Part shown: piece after piece, positions 23,942 to 37,194 of the stretch | Numbering within the stretch: the first letter of the stretch is position 1 | Layout: each line of letters begins with the position of its first letter | Origin: Eledone cirrhosa | Lineage: Eukaryota | Assembly (NCBI GenBank): GCA_964016885.1 | Contig: OZ024743.1 | Coordinates: forward strand, 307,520,001-307,584,000 | Direction of reading: 5' to 3' | DNA length: 64,000 bases | Made by a program: the position numbers and the translations under genes | Notes under the pieces: model-generated | Seen by the model: the letters and a program-made list of their open reading frames with translations, nothing else | The model's database searches: none | What the model was told of the DNA's origin: nothing

Positions 23942-24067
23942 TGAATAGAAAGTAAAGAGTGAGAAGAAGAAGGAACGGAGAAAATGAAAAGAAAAAAACA
24001 TGTACGTATTCAGTCGGCCATCTAAAAAAAATAAAAAATAAACAGGGTTTAATTACACACACACACG

Positions 24068-24113
<46 letters not shown>

Positions 24114-24390
24114 CATTATTTATAAACAGTCGGAAATGTCCCTAAACTATAAATATGCCTTATAATTTATCGTATCTAAGAGTCAGGTATATTTTTTATT
24201 TTCATCTAAAACCGCCGTGTTGGTCGGTTTTCATAGTTTCAGGAGTAAACAAAGTCAGATCTATTTATAATTGTTGCTTTGTTACATCCATCCTCCCTTC
24301 ACTCTCTAAGACTTTTCAAGATGCCAAACTTACATTGAAATAACATAAATTTGGCAGACGATAAATCTGCCGAATTATCTCCCCTTTTTG

Positions 24391-24404
24391 CTGGTAGGGG
24401 GCAC
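24391..24404 (+). promoter_or_regulatory. CTCF-like motif in the presumptive ATG2 promoter
   Basis: CTGGTAGGGGGCAC matches 13/14 positions of CCRSYAGRKGGCRS, ~240 bp upstream of the ATG, and is followed by TGACG. Confidence 0.35.
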
Positions 24405-24641
24405 TGACGCTTGTTATTGAAAAACAGAATATTAGAGGAAATGTCGAGGCATTTGTTTGTGCCTCAGCTGATTTTTACCTATTGATTTCACATTTCTGTA
24501 TTCTATCCCGAATATCGCAATTGACAACGAAAGTTACGGTTATACAAAGGCTATTCATTGTAGTGCTACATAAAACAGAAAATTAGAAATTTGATAAATT
24601 GTTTTTTTTTCCTTCATTCTACTGGCATTAGTCAGCCAGTC

Positions 24642-24818
24642 ATGTCGTCAACTTGGATTTCTGGACTGTTTACAGAACAAACGAAATTAAAGGCTTGCCG
24701 TTACCTTCTTCATCATTATCTCGGCGAATTACTCAAAGACAATGTATCACTTGAACAGCTTAGCGTTGATATATTCAAAGGGAAAGGAACAATTGAACAT
24801 CTTAGTCTCGACGAAGAG
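24642..24818 (+). CDS. ATG2: Autophagy-related protein 2, coding exon 1 (Chorein_N)
   Basis: MSSTWISGLFTEQTKLKACRYLLHHYLGELLKDNVSLEQLSVDIFKGKGTIEHLSLDEE resembles the ATG2 N-terminus (ACRYLL..YLG..L...SLEQLS.D). Donor GAG|gtaacg, phase 0. Confidence 0.93.
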
Positions 24819-24980
24819 GTAACGTTTATATTCTATTTTTTTCTTCTCCCCTCCCCACCAAAATATTTATTTTTATTCTGCTCAAACGTTTTCCTTCATT
24901 ATTTGTTATTGTAGAATGTTTATCATATATTGAAAAGGAGAGGAACCATCCAACAGTTTAATCTGGATGAAGTGACAACA

Positions 24981-25035
<55 letters not shown>

Positions 25036-26221
25036 CCTGAATGTAGGGTTGTAATCGCTAAAGAAAGAGCCCTCAATATGTAAACATAGAGGTAAATATG
25101 CTATATTATATAAAATACATGGCCATGTATTTTATGTAATATATATTTCCTCTAAAGAAGCTTAGCAAATACTCGCTTTGCTGAAACATTGTTGCTATGT
25201 TGTAAGAAAATGCATAATAAATCTTATATGTATTTACTCTATTATAAAAAAATGTGTATGTGTATATATCTATATACACACACACACATACATGTTCGAA
25301 CCACCCCACCACAAAAAAAAAAAAAAAGAATATATATATATATATATATATTCTGTTCAAATGTTTTACTTTATATTGTTTTGTTATGAAATGCTTATCA
25401 GGATCGTTTGAACAAACTCTGCTATCATATACTTCTTGATGGGATTTTCCCAAATAATTAACTATGTCGTAGAGAAATAAATAATTGTTTCTACTTTTTG
25501 GCACAAGGCCAGCAAATACGCAGTACATTACTGGTACTTTATTTTATCGACCCCGTAAGGATGAAAGGCAAAGTTAACCTCGGCTGTATACGTAAATTAT
25601 AATTCGTAGTAAAAGATTGTAATTTTCGACTTCCATAATGTTTGTTTGTCTATTATTTTTAAAAATAAAATAGTCGCCTGTATTTATTGTTTGGGTCTGG
25701 GGGAACTCAACCTAAATATATATTTTCTTTCTCGTGTATCATTTTACTTTTATTTATAAATATTTAAAAAAAATCTATATGCTTCCGTTAAAATGCACAT
25801 ATAAATTATAATTCATTACAGCCTTCATTTTTATAACGAAACTTGTTTTTATTTTGTTGTTCTGATATGATCTTTGTTAAAAATAGCAACATAATTGTTG
25901 CGTAAGAATACAAAGAAAAACACTGCCTCGTTTGTTTGTTTTTCTACTGAAATATCAACAGCAACATGAACAACATAAAATAAATGGTTCACCAGTCAGT
26001 GCCAAGTTTATGTCAGTGACCTGTAGTAGAAGCCACCATTGATCTATAATGAAAAACAAATATATTTTTATTATCATATATTACCTGTGCTTGAAATGTT
26101 GGCCAGAACAAAGTGATTTAAACTATCAACTTTTCAATTACACCAACGGGTCGAATTGTATTATGTGGGATCATTTGTAAACGGTAGACAGAATATAAAA
26201 TAATTTTTATTTTTACAGTCT

Positions 26222-26460
26222 GTGACGTTCGAGGCGTTTTTGGGAGCTGGGTTGCTGACACCAAAGTTCTTGTCGCCGAAGTGTCAGGTGATGCTCCTGG
26301 TTAGGGTGCTTGGTTATTTCAGCGCCTTAGCCTCGCCATCACCTGGCCTGACCGAGATATCAGGTGATACCCATGAGGGTGCTTGGTTGTTCCAGCACCT
26401 CAGTCTCGCTATCACCCGCGCTACTGCTACCAATGTGTTGGTTTGCCTCAAAAAGTATTA
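26222..26460 (+). mobile_element. CRE-clade-like non-LTR C-terminal fragment with internal duplication
   Basis: Two tandem copies of SGD...GAWLFQ(R/H)LSLAIT, the second followed by RATATNVL (cf. FQRLS.AI.RGNA..V). Confidence 0.55.
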
Positions 26461-27092
26461 GAGGGTGTGTGACCGATTGACACACTTGGTATTAACTTAA
26501 TATTTTCTTTAGCTTTGATTGTATATTGTTGTTTATTATATTTATCAGGTTCCACGAATTCTATTTTCATGTGAAACATCAAGATTATATTTTCTTTCGT
26601 TTTGAATATAAACAATGAAATGGACGTTGATATATACATTCAAAGTTAAGCACATACACCAGGGAGATTGTTGAACAGACGTATACATGCATGTTGTTGG
26701 ACTTCCGTCGGCATCGACGACGAGTGTTCCATTTGTTCTATCAATAGAACAGATTCATAGTGAAATTAACATGCAAGTAAATGAATTACCCTTAATGTAG
26801 TTCTCAGGAGATTCAGCATGTACAGTGTATGACAAGGTTGTTCTTTGAATTTACAGGTACAACCAGATGAGTGGTCATGGATGTATACACAGAGTACATC
26901 TCATACATATGAAGTTTGTCGCATATAAGTATGTGTACTGTATGTATGTATGTATGTATGTATGTGTGTGTATTGTATGTATGTATGTGTACTGTATGTG
27001 TACTGTATGTGTAGTGTATATATATATGCATATGTAATTTGTATGTATATATGTATTGTGTATACGTATTTGTGTGTGTATACATACATATA

Positions 27093-27130
<38 letters not shown>

Positions 27131-28317
27131 ATGTCAATTTCATTGTTTACATTTCGTCGTGTTTTACCCTTTTCTTTCTGCGATAGTTTCCTAGTTGTTG
27201 GCGTTTAGCCCAAGGTTAGCCCTGCTCGAGCAAACCTATGATTAGAAGCCATACATTACATATTTTTGTACATCTAGACCTGCATTGGTCAATATGTCCT
27301 TTCTTTTGCAAAGACAGCAAGGTACGTATTGAATATTAAATATTTGGTTGCTGTTTCTAGCAGGTCGAGTATAGGCTACCTCTATCATAGGTTTTGATCG
27401 CCTTCCGTCTGTATTTTAGCTTAGGCATTCTTTTAATCTTTTTTTTCTTCTTCTATTAGTCATGAAAACTTCATCTGGAGACCTTAGTGGGTCTACCTCA
27501 ACGTGGTCGGTCAAACTACTAGAAATAACCGCCAGATTTCCCTTAAACACACTTATCGTCTTAAAAACAGAAAGGTGCATTGATAATCTATAAATAAAGA
27601 AACGGGATGGGCGCTATAATAATAACTCTTTTGATTATAAGTCTGTTGGAACTGGGCGGACCTGGGACTAAACGGCGACATCAACAACGATAACAATAAC
27701 ATTACTTCGATGATTGTCAAGTGATTATCTGATGGAGATCAATAACTAAAATAACTATACCTCCACATTTTAAATTTAGTATACTATTATTTTCATTTTA
27801 CCTCCATGTTTCCCCCCAGCTGACGTATATCATTTGGACGTATCTTCTATGCTCTGTCTTGTTACTTGTTGCTGTCCTATGTGATTTTCAGACCAGCCCT
27901 CAGCATCTCTTCCTTGGTCTTCCGCTTCTGCAGCTTTCTTCCTCGCAACTGCTATAATCTATACAAATCATGTGTCTATATCAGCACAGTCTTTATTGCA
28001 TGCTGTCTGATTCGTCTTGTACCCAGATTTATTATTATTTTGTTTTGTTTTTCTCAGCTCATTTGTCCTCAGTCTTTCAGGTATGTGAATATTACACATC
28101 CAGCAGTGTGCTTGCCTCATTTCTTTCCACACTTCTCACATCTTCATTCAATTCCTCTGTCTTGCACTTCATATACAGACACCATTATATATATAAATAT
28201 AAATATATATAAATCCCGCCGAGGTTGACTTTGCCTTTCATCCTTACGGGGTCGATAAAATAAAGTACCAGTAATGCACTGGGTAATTGCTGGCCTTGTG
28301 CCTAAAGTAGAAACAAT

Positions 28318-28348
<31 letters not shown>

Positions 28349-28619
28349 CAGTGTTGCTATTATTGGGTATAAACTTTACAAGAGGGTTTAAAGCTCGATG
28401 CAATGTGGTTCACGCAGAGCTGATATATAAAGATTGATGATGCCGTGTTTGAGCCTTTTCCCGATGGCCACATTATAAAAACAAGGAAATTTCAATAATA
28501 ATTTTTTTGAAAAAATTATAGAATTTTGTAATTTCACATCCTCGGAATGAAGCTCTAACAGCTGAAACATGTCTTAGTTTTATAACCTATTGACTCTTTG
28601 GTGTTTCTTAATCTTTATA

Positions 28620-29450
28620 ATAATAATAATAATGAAATTATTGTGTACAGTGCTCAGGTGCACTACAACTCATCAAAGGTGCATGTATAGTACATAGAAT
28701 AATGTATAAATGTCAGGGAAGCGAATAGTGTATGAGTCATGATATACATGTGTGCGTGTGTATGGAGAGGGAGTATTAGGTGTAGTGTTGGCGAATCTCA
28801 GGAAGCATGGAGGTTTTAAAGGATGCAGTGTCTCGACAGCTAATAACTGATGCCGGGAATTTGTTCCATGTTTCAGCAACTCTGAGCGTGAAAAAATGTT
28901 TCCGAAAGTCATGGGAGCTGTACTGTTTTCTGACTTTGTTGGCATGCCCACGTGTGTTAGACACATGGAAATCAAAAAAGGTACTCAGGGTTGTTGTTGG
29001 CAAGATGGTTAATAATTTTGTGGGTGTTTAACAAGTCAGTTGCCAGACGTCAGAGCTTCAATGTATCCATGCCTAGGGAAGTAAGGATTTCAGAGTATGG
29101 TAGATGCCTGATGGAGGGTATTCGCTTGGTTGCACGTCTCTTAACAGTTTCCAGGCGGTCAATGTTCTGAGCAAGATAGGGGTTCCAGACTGGTGGTACA
29201 AATTCTAAGTGTGGCCGCACCATAGCTATATACAGCTTTAAATAGATAGCTGGAGAGCGGCTGACAAAGGTCTTGCTCAGTGATGCTAAGACACTCTTGG
29301 CTTTCTTGACAATTTTAGAGACGTGCTTCGTCCAACGCAAATCGCTGCTGACAGTAATGCCCAGGTCACATTCACAAGAAGACTTCTTGATATTAGTGTT
29401 GTGGAGGGAGTATGTGGACGTTGGGTTTTTACTCCCAAAATGCATGGTGG
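28620..29450 (-). mobile_element. CR1-clade LINE 3' fragment
   Basis: CDLGITVSSDLRW...MVRPHLEFVPPVWNPY...RVAETWNKFP. (ATT)n tail at ~28620. Confidence 0.9.
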
Positions 29451-29479
29451 TATATATATATATATATATTAGCAGGTAA

Positions 29480-29860
29480 GGTAGATGTACCAAAGTCAGA
29501 GTAGCCAGAGTGAGGACTGAGGGGAAAGTTGAAGGGACCAAAGACTTCTCGTTCATAGTGAAGGGCAGATTGTATAATGCTTGTGAAACATGGGGCTTGT
29601 AATGGCTGGAGAGAAAAGCATGCATGCTCCACTGGATGTGTAATGTTTGTGTGCATGAATGATAGAGCACAAGTGAGTTGAGAAGAATGCAGAATATGAG
29701 AGGAGTCAGATTTACTGAGTGGGTACAGGAATGTGATACATATTGAAACTGGCAGTTATATAAAGAAATGCCAAGTGCTTGAAGGAGATAGAACCTGTAG
29801 AATAGAAAGACAAAGGAAGACATTGAGTATGCTGATAACAACTGGCTTTAAAAAAATGAA
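29480..29860 (+). mobile_element. Old RTE LINE fragment
   Basis: Decayed homolog of the RTE C-terminal region (gtgaagggcagattgtataatgcttgtgaaacatggg, cf. KGRLY.AC...ETW). Confidence 0.55.
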
Positions 29861-30254
29861 CTATAAAGGACCATGATGAGTGGTAACTGGCTGTGTTGGA
29901 GATGGGTGAGGGTAACTGGCTGCACTGGAGAAGGCCTGTCTGGTCACTAAAATTTAAAAGTGGAGGTAACTATGATGATATTTAAGAGTTATTCACAAAC
30001 CACTCTGGTGTGACATTAGCATGATATCTACTACAACATACTGACTGAGTAACAAGAGATATGGAGAGGGTCATCTGATCAGCCCCGACCAAATCCCTCC
30101 AACTTCATATGTAGCAAATACACAGTAGTTGGCAGTAAGAGTACATGTGAGAAAATCTTTCAAAATAGCAGTGAAGGTAGGCATCTAAAAGTATAGTTGC
30201 CAGTGTAAGAATGAGGTGCTAAATATTCACCTCAGCTACCAACAAATAGTTTAT

Positions 30255-30303
<49 letters not shown>

Positions 30304-30537
30304 TACCTTCTGTCAGCCTACTTGTGATACAACTATGCCCCTTATGCATCTGTTGCACACATTGGATGCACCATATGGAATCGACTCTTTTTCTAATTAT
30401 TCTGCTCTACCATTTCTCTAAGGGTAACATAACCCTGTCAGCCTCCTTATTTACTAAAACTTTAGTCTTTGCTTAATTTACTTTAAAATCTTTTGGTTCT
30501 AGGTTTTCTTTTCAGGAATTTCTTCTCTAATACTTCT

Positions 30538-30842
30538 GCAGATTCTGTTATAAACATCTGGAGCAGAAGAGGGGGATGAGGAGCAGATTCTGCTTTAAAC
30601 ATCTGGAGCAGATTCTGCTGTAAACATCTGGAGCAGATTCTGCTGTAAACATCTGGAGCAGATTCTGCTGTAAACATCTGGAGCAGATTCTGCTATAAAC
30701 ATCTGGAGCAGATTCTGCTAGAAACATCTGGGACAGAAGAGGGGGATGAAGAGCAGATCCTGCTAGAAACATCTGGAGCAGAAGAAGGGGATAAGGAGCA
30801 GATTTTGCTATAAGCACCTGAAGCAGAAGAGAAGGATGAGGA
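30538..30842. repeat. Minisatellite with 25-bp and ~44-bp units
   Basis: aaacatctggagcagattctgctgt repeated, alternating with longer units containing gaagagggggatgag. Confidence 0.85.
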
Positions 30843-31328
30843 CTAACTCCAATGGACTCCTCTCAGCATACTAAATACGTCTCTATACTCATTGTTGACT
30901 CTCACCTTGCTAAATAAGTTATCCATTTTATCTCTAAATTCCTTAGTAGCCACCAAATTTCAGTATGGAATTTTAAGGCCTTTTTTACCTTGACAAATAC
31001 TAAGAACAAAACTATAGGTCTCTGAGTAACTCTTATAATTTTCTCAGTTAAAAATTATAAAACACACACACATGGCCTTATGGTTAGTTTGTTGGGATTA
31101 CAGTCATAAAGGTGTGAGTTCAATTCCATGACCTGGTGGCTTGTGTTGCTGAGTAAGAAGCTTCATTTCAATTTGTTCATGATAGAACTAGGGTCCCTAT
31201 CATTAAAATGCTTGAGAATCCTCCTATGGGATGCAACTCCATAGGAAGCCAACTAAACTTGCATTGGTGTGAATTGTACATTTAATTTTCATTTCATTTG
31301 TGTATGTATATAAATGTGTGTGTGTGTC

Positions 31329-34300
31329 ATCATCATCATCATCGTTTAACGTCCATCTTCCACGCTTGCATGGGTTTGGACGGGAATTTTCCCACTTGAG
31401 GCAAGATTGGTTGACTGTCTGGCGGGTTTTCTACGGCTGGATGCCCTTCCTAACACCAACGACGTTTACAGTGTGGACTGGGAGGTTTTTACCGTGTTAC
31501 CTACACGGCCACATTACAGCGTGGACTGTTTTTTTTTTTTTTTTTTTTTTTTTTGTCGTGACACCTACACGACCTCATTTGTTTCGGCCTGGATGTTGTG
31601 GTACCAGCATAACTTTACATTGAAAGGGGTGTTGTGGATGGGGGGTGTATTTTTGTTAGAGGTGCCTACTGACTAGGTTTCGCTTTGTACTTAGGCAAGG
31701 CGGGTCTTCTGTATTACTGTGTATCGCCAAAGATCTCAGTCCAGTGACATTGTCTTGGAGAGGTGTGTGTGAGGTCGGAATTTATCAAGTCGTCCCAGGT
31801 TTTTCTGGGTCTGCCTACTCCGTGGCTACCATCTATTTTGATCGTGCTGCACTTTTTTATACAGGTGTCGTCTTTCATGCGCATCACGTGACCATAACAA
31901 CGTAGTCTTCTCTCGAGTAAACAGCATCTGATCCCTCTTATTCCTAATTTCTCCCTTAGTTCGTTTATGCTTCGCCGTTCACGTATATTACTATTACACA
32001 TCCAACGGAGCATGCAAGCTTCGTTCCTCTCCAGTCTGCGTATATCCTCTGCACACAATGCCCATGTCTCACTGCCATGTAACATTGCTGTTCGTATGCA
32101 GGCATCATACAGCCTGCCTTTCATTTTTAGAGAGAACCCTTCAGCGGCCAATAGTGGTATAAACTCTCTGAACTTTTTCCATCCCGTTCTGACTCTGGCT
32201 ACTATACTTTCAGAGCACCCTCCACCACTGCTGATTTTGTCACCCAGGTAACGGAAGGTGTCCACTATTTCTATAGAACCATCTGTGCAATGGAATGAGC
32301 TAGTATTCTGTGGGCACTTGCTGCTACTTATTGCACCAGAGCACCGGCCACATATAAAATCTATATTCTTAATTAGCTTACCTGTGATCCCACTAAATCT
32401 TTTATGCACTCATACTTTGCATTTGGGACATAAAATGGAGTTTCTGCCTACTCCTTTCCTACACACTGAGCATGGCCATTTCCCAGATGGGACCAGTGCC
32501 CTATTCTCCTTCCTACATATTAGGACTTTAGTCTTAGACAGGTTAATTTTAAGGCCTTTTGATTCTAAGCCATCCTTCTATGTTTGGAATTTCTTCTCTA
32601 GTTCAGCCATTGATTCAGCTATTAGCATTAGATCATCTGCGTATAGAAGTTCCTATGGGCAGCCGGTCTTGAACTCCTCCGTTATAGCTTGGAGGGCAAT
32701 AATAAATAGTAGGGGGCTAAGGATGGAGCCCTGATGAATACCAACTTTTACGCTAAACTCTTCACTATATTCGCTGTTAATTCTAACCTTGCTGACTGTT
32801 CCTTTATACATGGCTTGTATAGCTCTGACAAGCCATTCATCTACACCTAGTTTTCTAAGAGCCCACCAGATAATGGAGCGGGGGACTCTGTCAAAGACTT
32901 TCTCCAGGTCTACAAAAGCTAAGTAGAGGGTTTACTTTTAGCTAGGTACTTCTCCTGTAGTTGTCGTACAATGAAAAGAGCGTCTGTGGTACTTTTACCT
33001 GACACAAACCTGAACTGCATTTCATCTAGATTAATTCGCTCTCTGATTAGTTGCGCTATTACTTTTTCTGTGACCTTCATGACCAACTATTTCTGAAGGC
33101 CCAGCCGCCTTGCCCGTCTTCATGTCTTTGATCACCTTACTTATTATACTACCTTCAACTTGCACTGCGGGTCCCTCTATTGGATCGATGTGGGGGAGAC
33201 TGTCTTTCTCCCAATTATTCTCTTCATTTAGTAGCCTTTTGTAGTGACACTTCCAAGCTACCTTCTTATCAGTGTCAGTGATGGCAAGTACACCATCTTC
33301 ATTAAGGACACACTTCTCCCCGTCAATATCACAGTTTTCCTTGACACATTGCCTAGCAATCCTGAACACCTCACATTTTTGGTCCTCGCGTTGTAGAACA
33401 CACTTGAACTTTCTTTCCTCTGCTTCCCTTCTTGCGAAGTACACTTATCTTCTAGCTTCCCTCCTGGCCACTTGATGGTCTTCTCTACCTCCCCCAGCCC
33501 GCCATGCTTTCCAAGCCTGCTTTTTGGCCTTGATTGACCCCTCCACCTTACTGTTCCACCACCAAGTTACTCTCCTCTTGCCTATAGGTCTGCTCCAGTC
33601 ACAGCTTTCATCTGTCGCCTTCAGGAATTCCCACTGTTCCTCTATATTGTACATCTCTAATTGCTCTTCCTTACTATCAAAAGCATCAAGTAATATGCTT
33701 TTAAATTTATTACTGGCTATGGGGTCTTTTAACTTCCATATTTTTCTCCTAAGGATAGTCCTTTTCTGTTGTCGAGTACGTCTCGTCCTGACTATGAGGT
33801 CGCTAATTATGAGTATGTTGAGAGGTGCATTCTTCATGGGGGAGGGATTTAGTGTTTACAACAGAAACTCTGTCACGTCTTCTAGTAAGGATATAATCTA
33901 CCTGACTGGTGTGTTCCCCTGATCTATAGGTGATCAAGTGATTGTCTCATTTTTTTAAGTTAGTGTTCCAGATAGGTTATTTGCGTCACAGAATTCCAGG
34001 ATTCTGGAGCCTTCCTCATTTCTAGTACCAAACCCATAGCCTCCATGGATTCCGTCATAGCCGTCACAATGTTGTCCAACGTGACCATTTAGGTCACCAG
34101 CGATAACTATGTAGTCACTGTCGGTTATTGGGAGGTAGTGAGCATTAACGTCTCATAGAATCTGTCTTTTATAATGCCAGGCAGTCCGGATTGTGGTGCA
34201 TATGCAGATATTATTGTCACAGTAGTTCTATTGAGGACAAGCCTTATTTTAATTATTCTGTCATTCACTCTATTTACGTCTATTATCTTATCTGCCCACT

Positions 34301-34476
34301 TTTCTGCTATCATGATTCCTACTCCACCCAGCCCATTGTCATTTCCCACCCAAAAAAGCTTATAGCATCGTTCTTTACCCACAATCAATCTAGCAGACCC
34401 ACCCCTCCACCTGGTTTCTTGAATACAGCAAACATCGACCTCCTTACGTTCAAGCATTTCTACAACCTCGTTGCAT
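31329..34476 (-). mobile_element. Near full-length RTE-clade LINE (APE, RT, PHD-like insert), disabled
   Basis: [11 protein letters not shown]...ISAYAPQ, AGDLNGHVG, FVDLEK, QGSILSP, YADD, Cys-rich insert, LRCYGHVMR...GRPRKTW, and a (GAT)n tail at ~31329. Several stops and frameshifts. Confidence 0.92.
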
Positions 34477-34781
34477 ATGTATATATATATGCATGTATAT
34501 GTATATATATGCATGTATATGTATATATATGCATGTATATATATATATATATATATATGTGTATATATATATATGCATGTATATATATATATATATATAT
34601 GTGTATATATATATATGCATGTATATATATGTATATATATGTATATATATGTATATATATGTATATATATGTATATATATGTATATATATGTATATATAT
34701 GTATATATATGTATATATATGTATATATATGTGTATATATATGTATATATATATGTATATATATATATATGTATATATATG

Positions 34782-34812
<31 letters not shown>

Positions 34813-35522
34813 GTGTATATATATGTATATATATATATATGTGTATATATATATATGTGTATATATATATATGTGTATATATATATATCCATGTATATGT
34901 ATATATATCCATGTATATGTATATATATCCATGTATATGTATATATATCCATGTATATGTATATATATCCATGTATATGTATATATATCCATGTATATGT
35001 ATATATATCCATGTATATGTATATATATCCATGTATATGTATATATATCCATGTATATGTATATATGTCCATGTATATGTATATATGTCCATGTATATGT
35101 ATATATGTCCATGTATATGTATATATGTCCATGTATATGTATATATGTCCATGTATATGTATATATGTCCATGTATATGTATATATGTCCATGTATATGT
35201 ATATATGTCCATGTATATGTATATATGTCCATGTATATGTATATATATCCATGTATATGTATATATATCCATGTATATGTATATATATCCATGTATATGT
35301 ATATATATCCATGTATATGTATATATATCCATGCATATGTATATATATCCATGCATATGTACATATATCCATGCATATGTACATATATCCATGCATATGT
35401 ACATATATCCATGCATATGTACATATATCCATGCATATGTACATATATCCATGCATATGTATATATATGCATGTGTGTGTACATATATTTGTATGTATAC
35501 AAATATATATATATATATATAT
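34477..35522. repeat. Compound (TA)-derived satellite with 10-bp and 20-bp units
   Basis: (gtatatatat)n, then ~29 copies of atatatatccatgtatatgt arranged in variant blocks. Confidence 0.95.
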
Positions 35523-35969
35523 TAATTTCTACACACACACATATATATACGATGGTGGTTAATGCCGCAATAGAGCACCCGTGACTCAAGCCATAAAACA
35601 TTAGCATATATCACGTTGTCCTTTGTTGTTAATAATGCAGTTTGTTGTTGTAGTTTGTTGTCAATATAGGTTGCTGTAGGGTGTTGCAGTTTGTTGTTGT
35701 CAATATAGGTTGTTGTTGTTTTTGCCAATGTAGGTTGTTGTTTGCTGTTGTCAATGTAGTTGTCGTTGTTGTTGTCAATTTAGTTTGTTGTAGTTTGTTG
35801 TTGTAGTTTTCTATTTAATCTTTTATTGATTTCATTAATTAGATTCTGGCCATGTTGGGGCACCACCTTAGAGATTGTAATTGATCATATTGACTACAGT
35901 ACTTATTTTATCGATTTCTTTGTTAAACAAGAAAGACACAATCATCAACACACACACACACATATATAA

Positions 35970-36263
35970 TACTTTGGGAGGGTCATGTTGCCAATAAACG
36001 ACACACGCACCTGTTGGTTTTCACTTCAATTTATTACAAATTTCCAGTTCGTTGGTTTAATAACCGAATGGTTGTTTATTTATTGTCAAACATCTTTCAT
36101 CATATTCTGTGACCTCCTCAGTGACTAATTTGTTATTTTGTGTCTTTCCTTTGTTCTGTCCTACACCATCTTGTTTTTGTGTGTTGTTACACAAAAAAAA
36201 TATCGTGTAGGACAGAACAAAGGAGAGACACAAAATAATAAATTAGTCATTGAGGAGGTCACA
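35970..36263 (-). mobile_element. Penelope 3' UTR copy with hammerhead-like motif (36085-36125) and a 59-bp fold-back
   Basis: Homologous to 21150-21380. Arms 36108-36166 and 36205-36263 are inverted. Confidence 0.7.
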
Positions 36264-37194
36264 TAGCCATGTCTGCTGTTGTATTGTAAAAAATATTTTA
36301 ATTAATGTTGACCTCATAACTTATTTTCAATATAAAAATAATAAATTGGTTTACGAAGTTAGTTGAAGAGAATCGGTACAGCTTCGGTCGTTCCTTACTC
36401 AATGACATCAGGTCATCAAGTATGAAATACTTGATCTCAAATTAAAAGTGCATAAGGAAATCGGACATTTCATACTTAAGGACCTCATTGGGTTTGTATT
36501 ATTTAGAATTATAGATTGGCAGTTTCGGTAGAGCGTCAGAAAACATGCTTTGTGGCATAGAGTTACAGCCCACTATGTTCTGATTTCAAATCCCACTGAG
36601 GTTAGCTTTGCCTTTCATCCTTACGAGGTCGATAAAATAACGTACTGGGGTCAATTTAATCGACTTTCTCCTTCCCCCAAAATTGCTGGCCTTGTGCCAA
36701 AAGTAGAAACAATTATTTAGAAATATAAACCCATTACTCAGAAATAATTTATAAAATGTAACTAGGAAGTAATTATTCTTAAGTGGCCCCCACCTATTTT
36801 GTATCCTCACAACTTTCTTAATGTATACTTTCAAATGAAATTTTACAGAAATCCATTTCCCATTATAGAGATTATAGCCATGGTGATGAAAAAGAAAATG
36901 ATTTAAAAAATACTTTTATTATTGTATAAAGTCCCGTTGGTTTAATACTTTCATTTACTGAATACTCTCTGTATATAATACCCTTGTGTTTTTGTCTGTC
37001 ACAAGAGATGACTGGAGTGGTGACAAACTGAGAAAGGAAGGGGTGATAACGTTGACTTAGGAAGGAGGGGGTGGCATCATCTAATATTTGCTACATCTGT
37101 GTGTGTATATGTATAGCGAATTGGCTGCACACATTGGCTGTTATGATTGTGTTTGTGTGTTCATGTACATTATTTATATATATTCTCATACATT

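Noticed and set aside
28538-28578. Hammerhead-like atga-agct-ctaac-agct-GAAA-catg-TC
   Set aside because: The core reads CGGAATGA and stem I does not pair. At best a dead relic.
30483-30817. Repetitive ORFs (AESAPDVYSRICSRCLQQNLLQMF)
   Set aside because: Translations of a 25-bp minisatellite with no recognisable domain or splice context.
34125-35607. Six overlapping Tyr/Ile/His-rich ORFs
   Set aside because: Translations of (TA)-derived repeats. Only the part below 34476 is real (RTE endonuclease).
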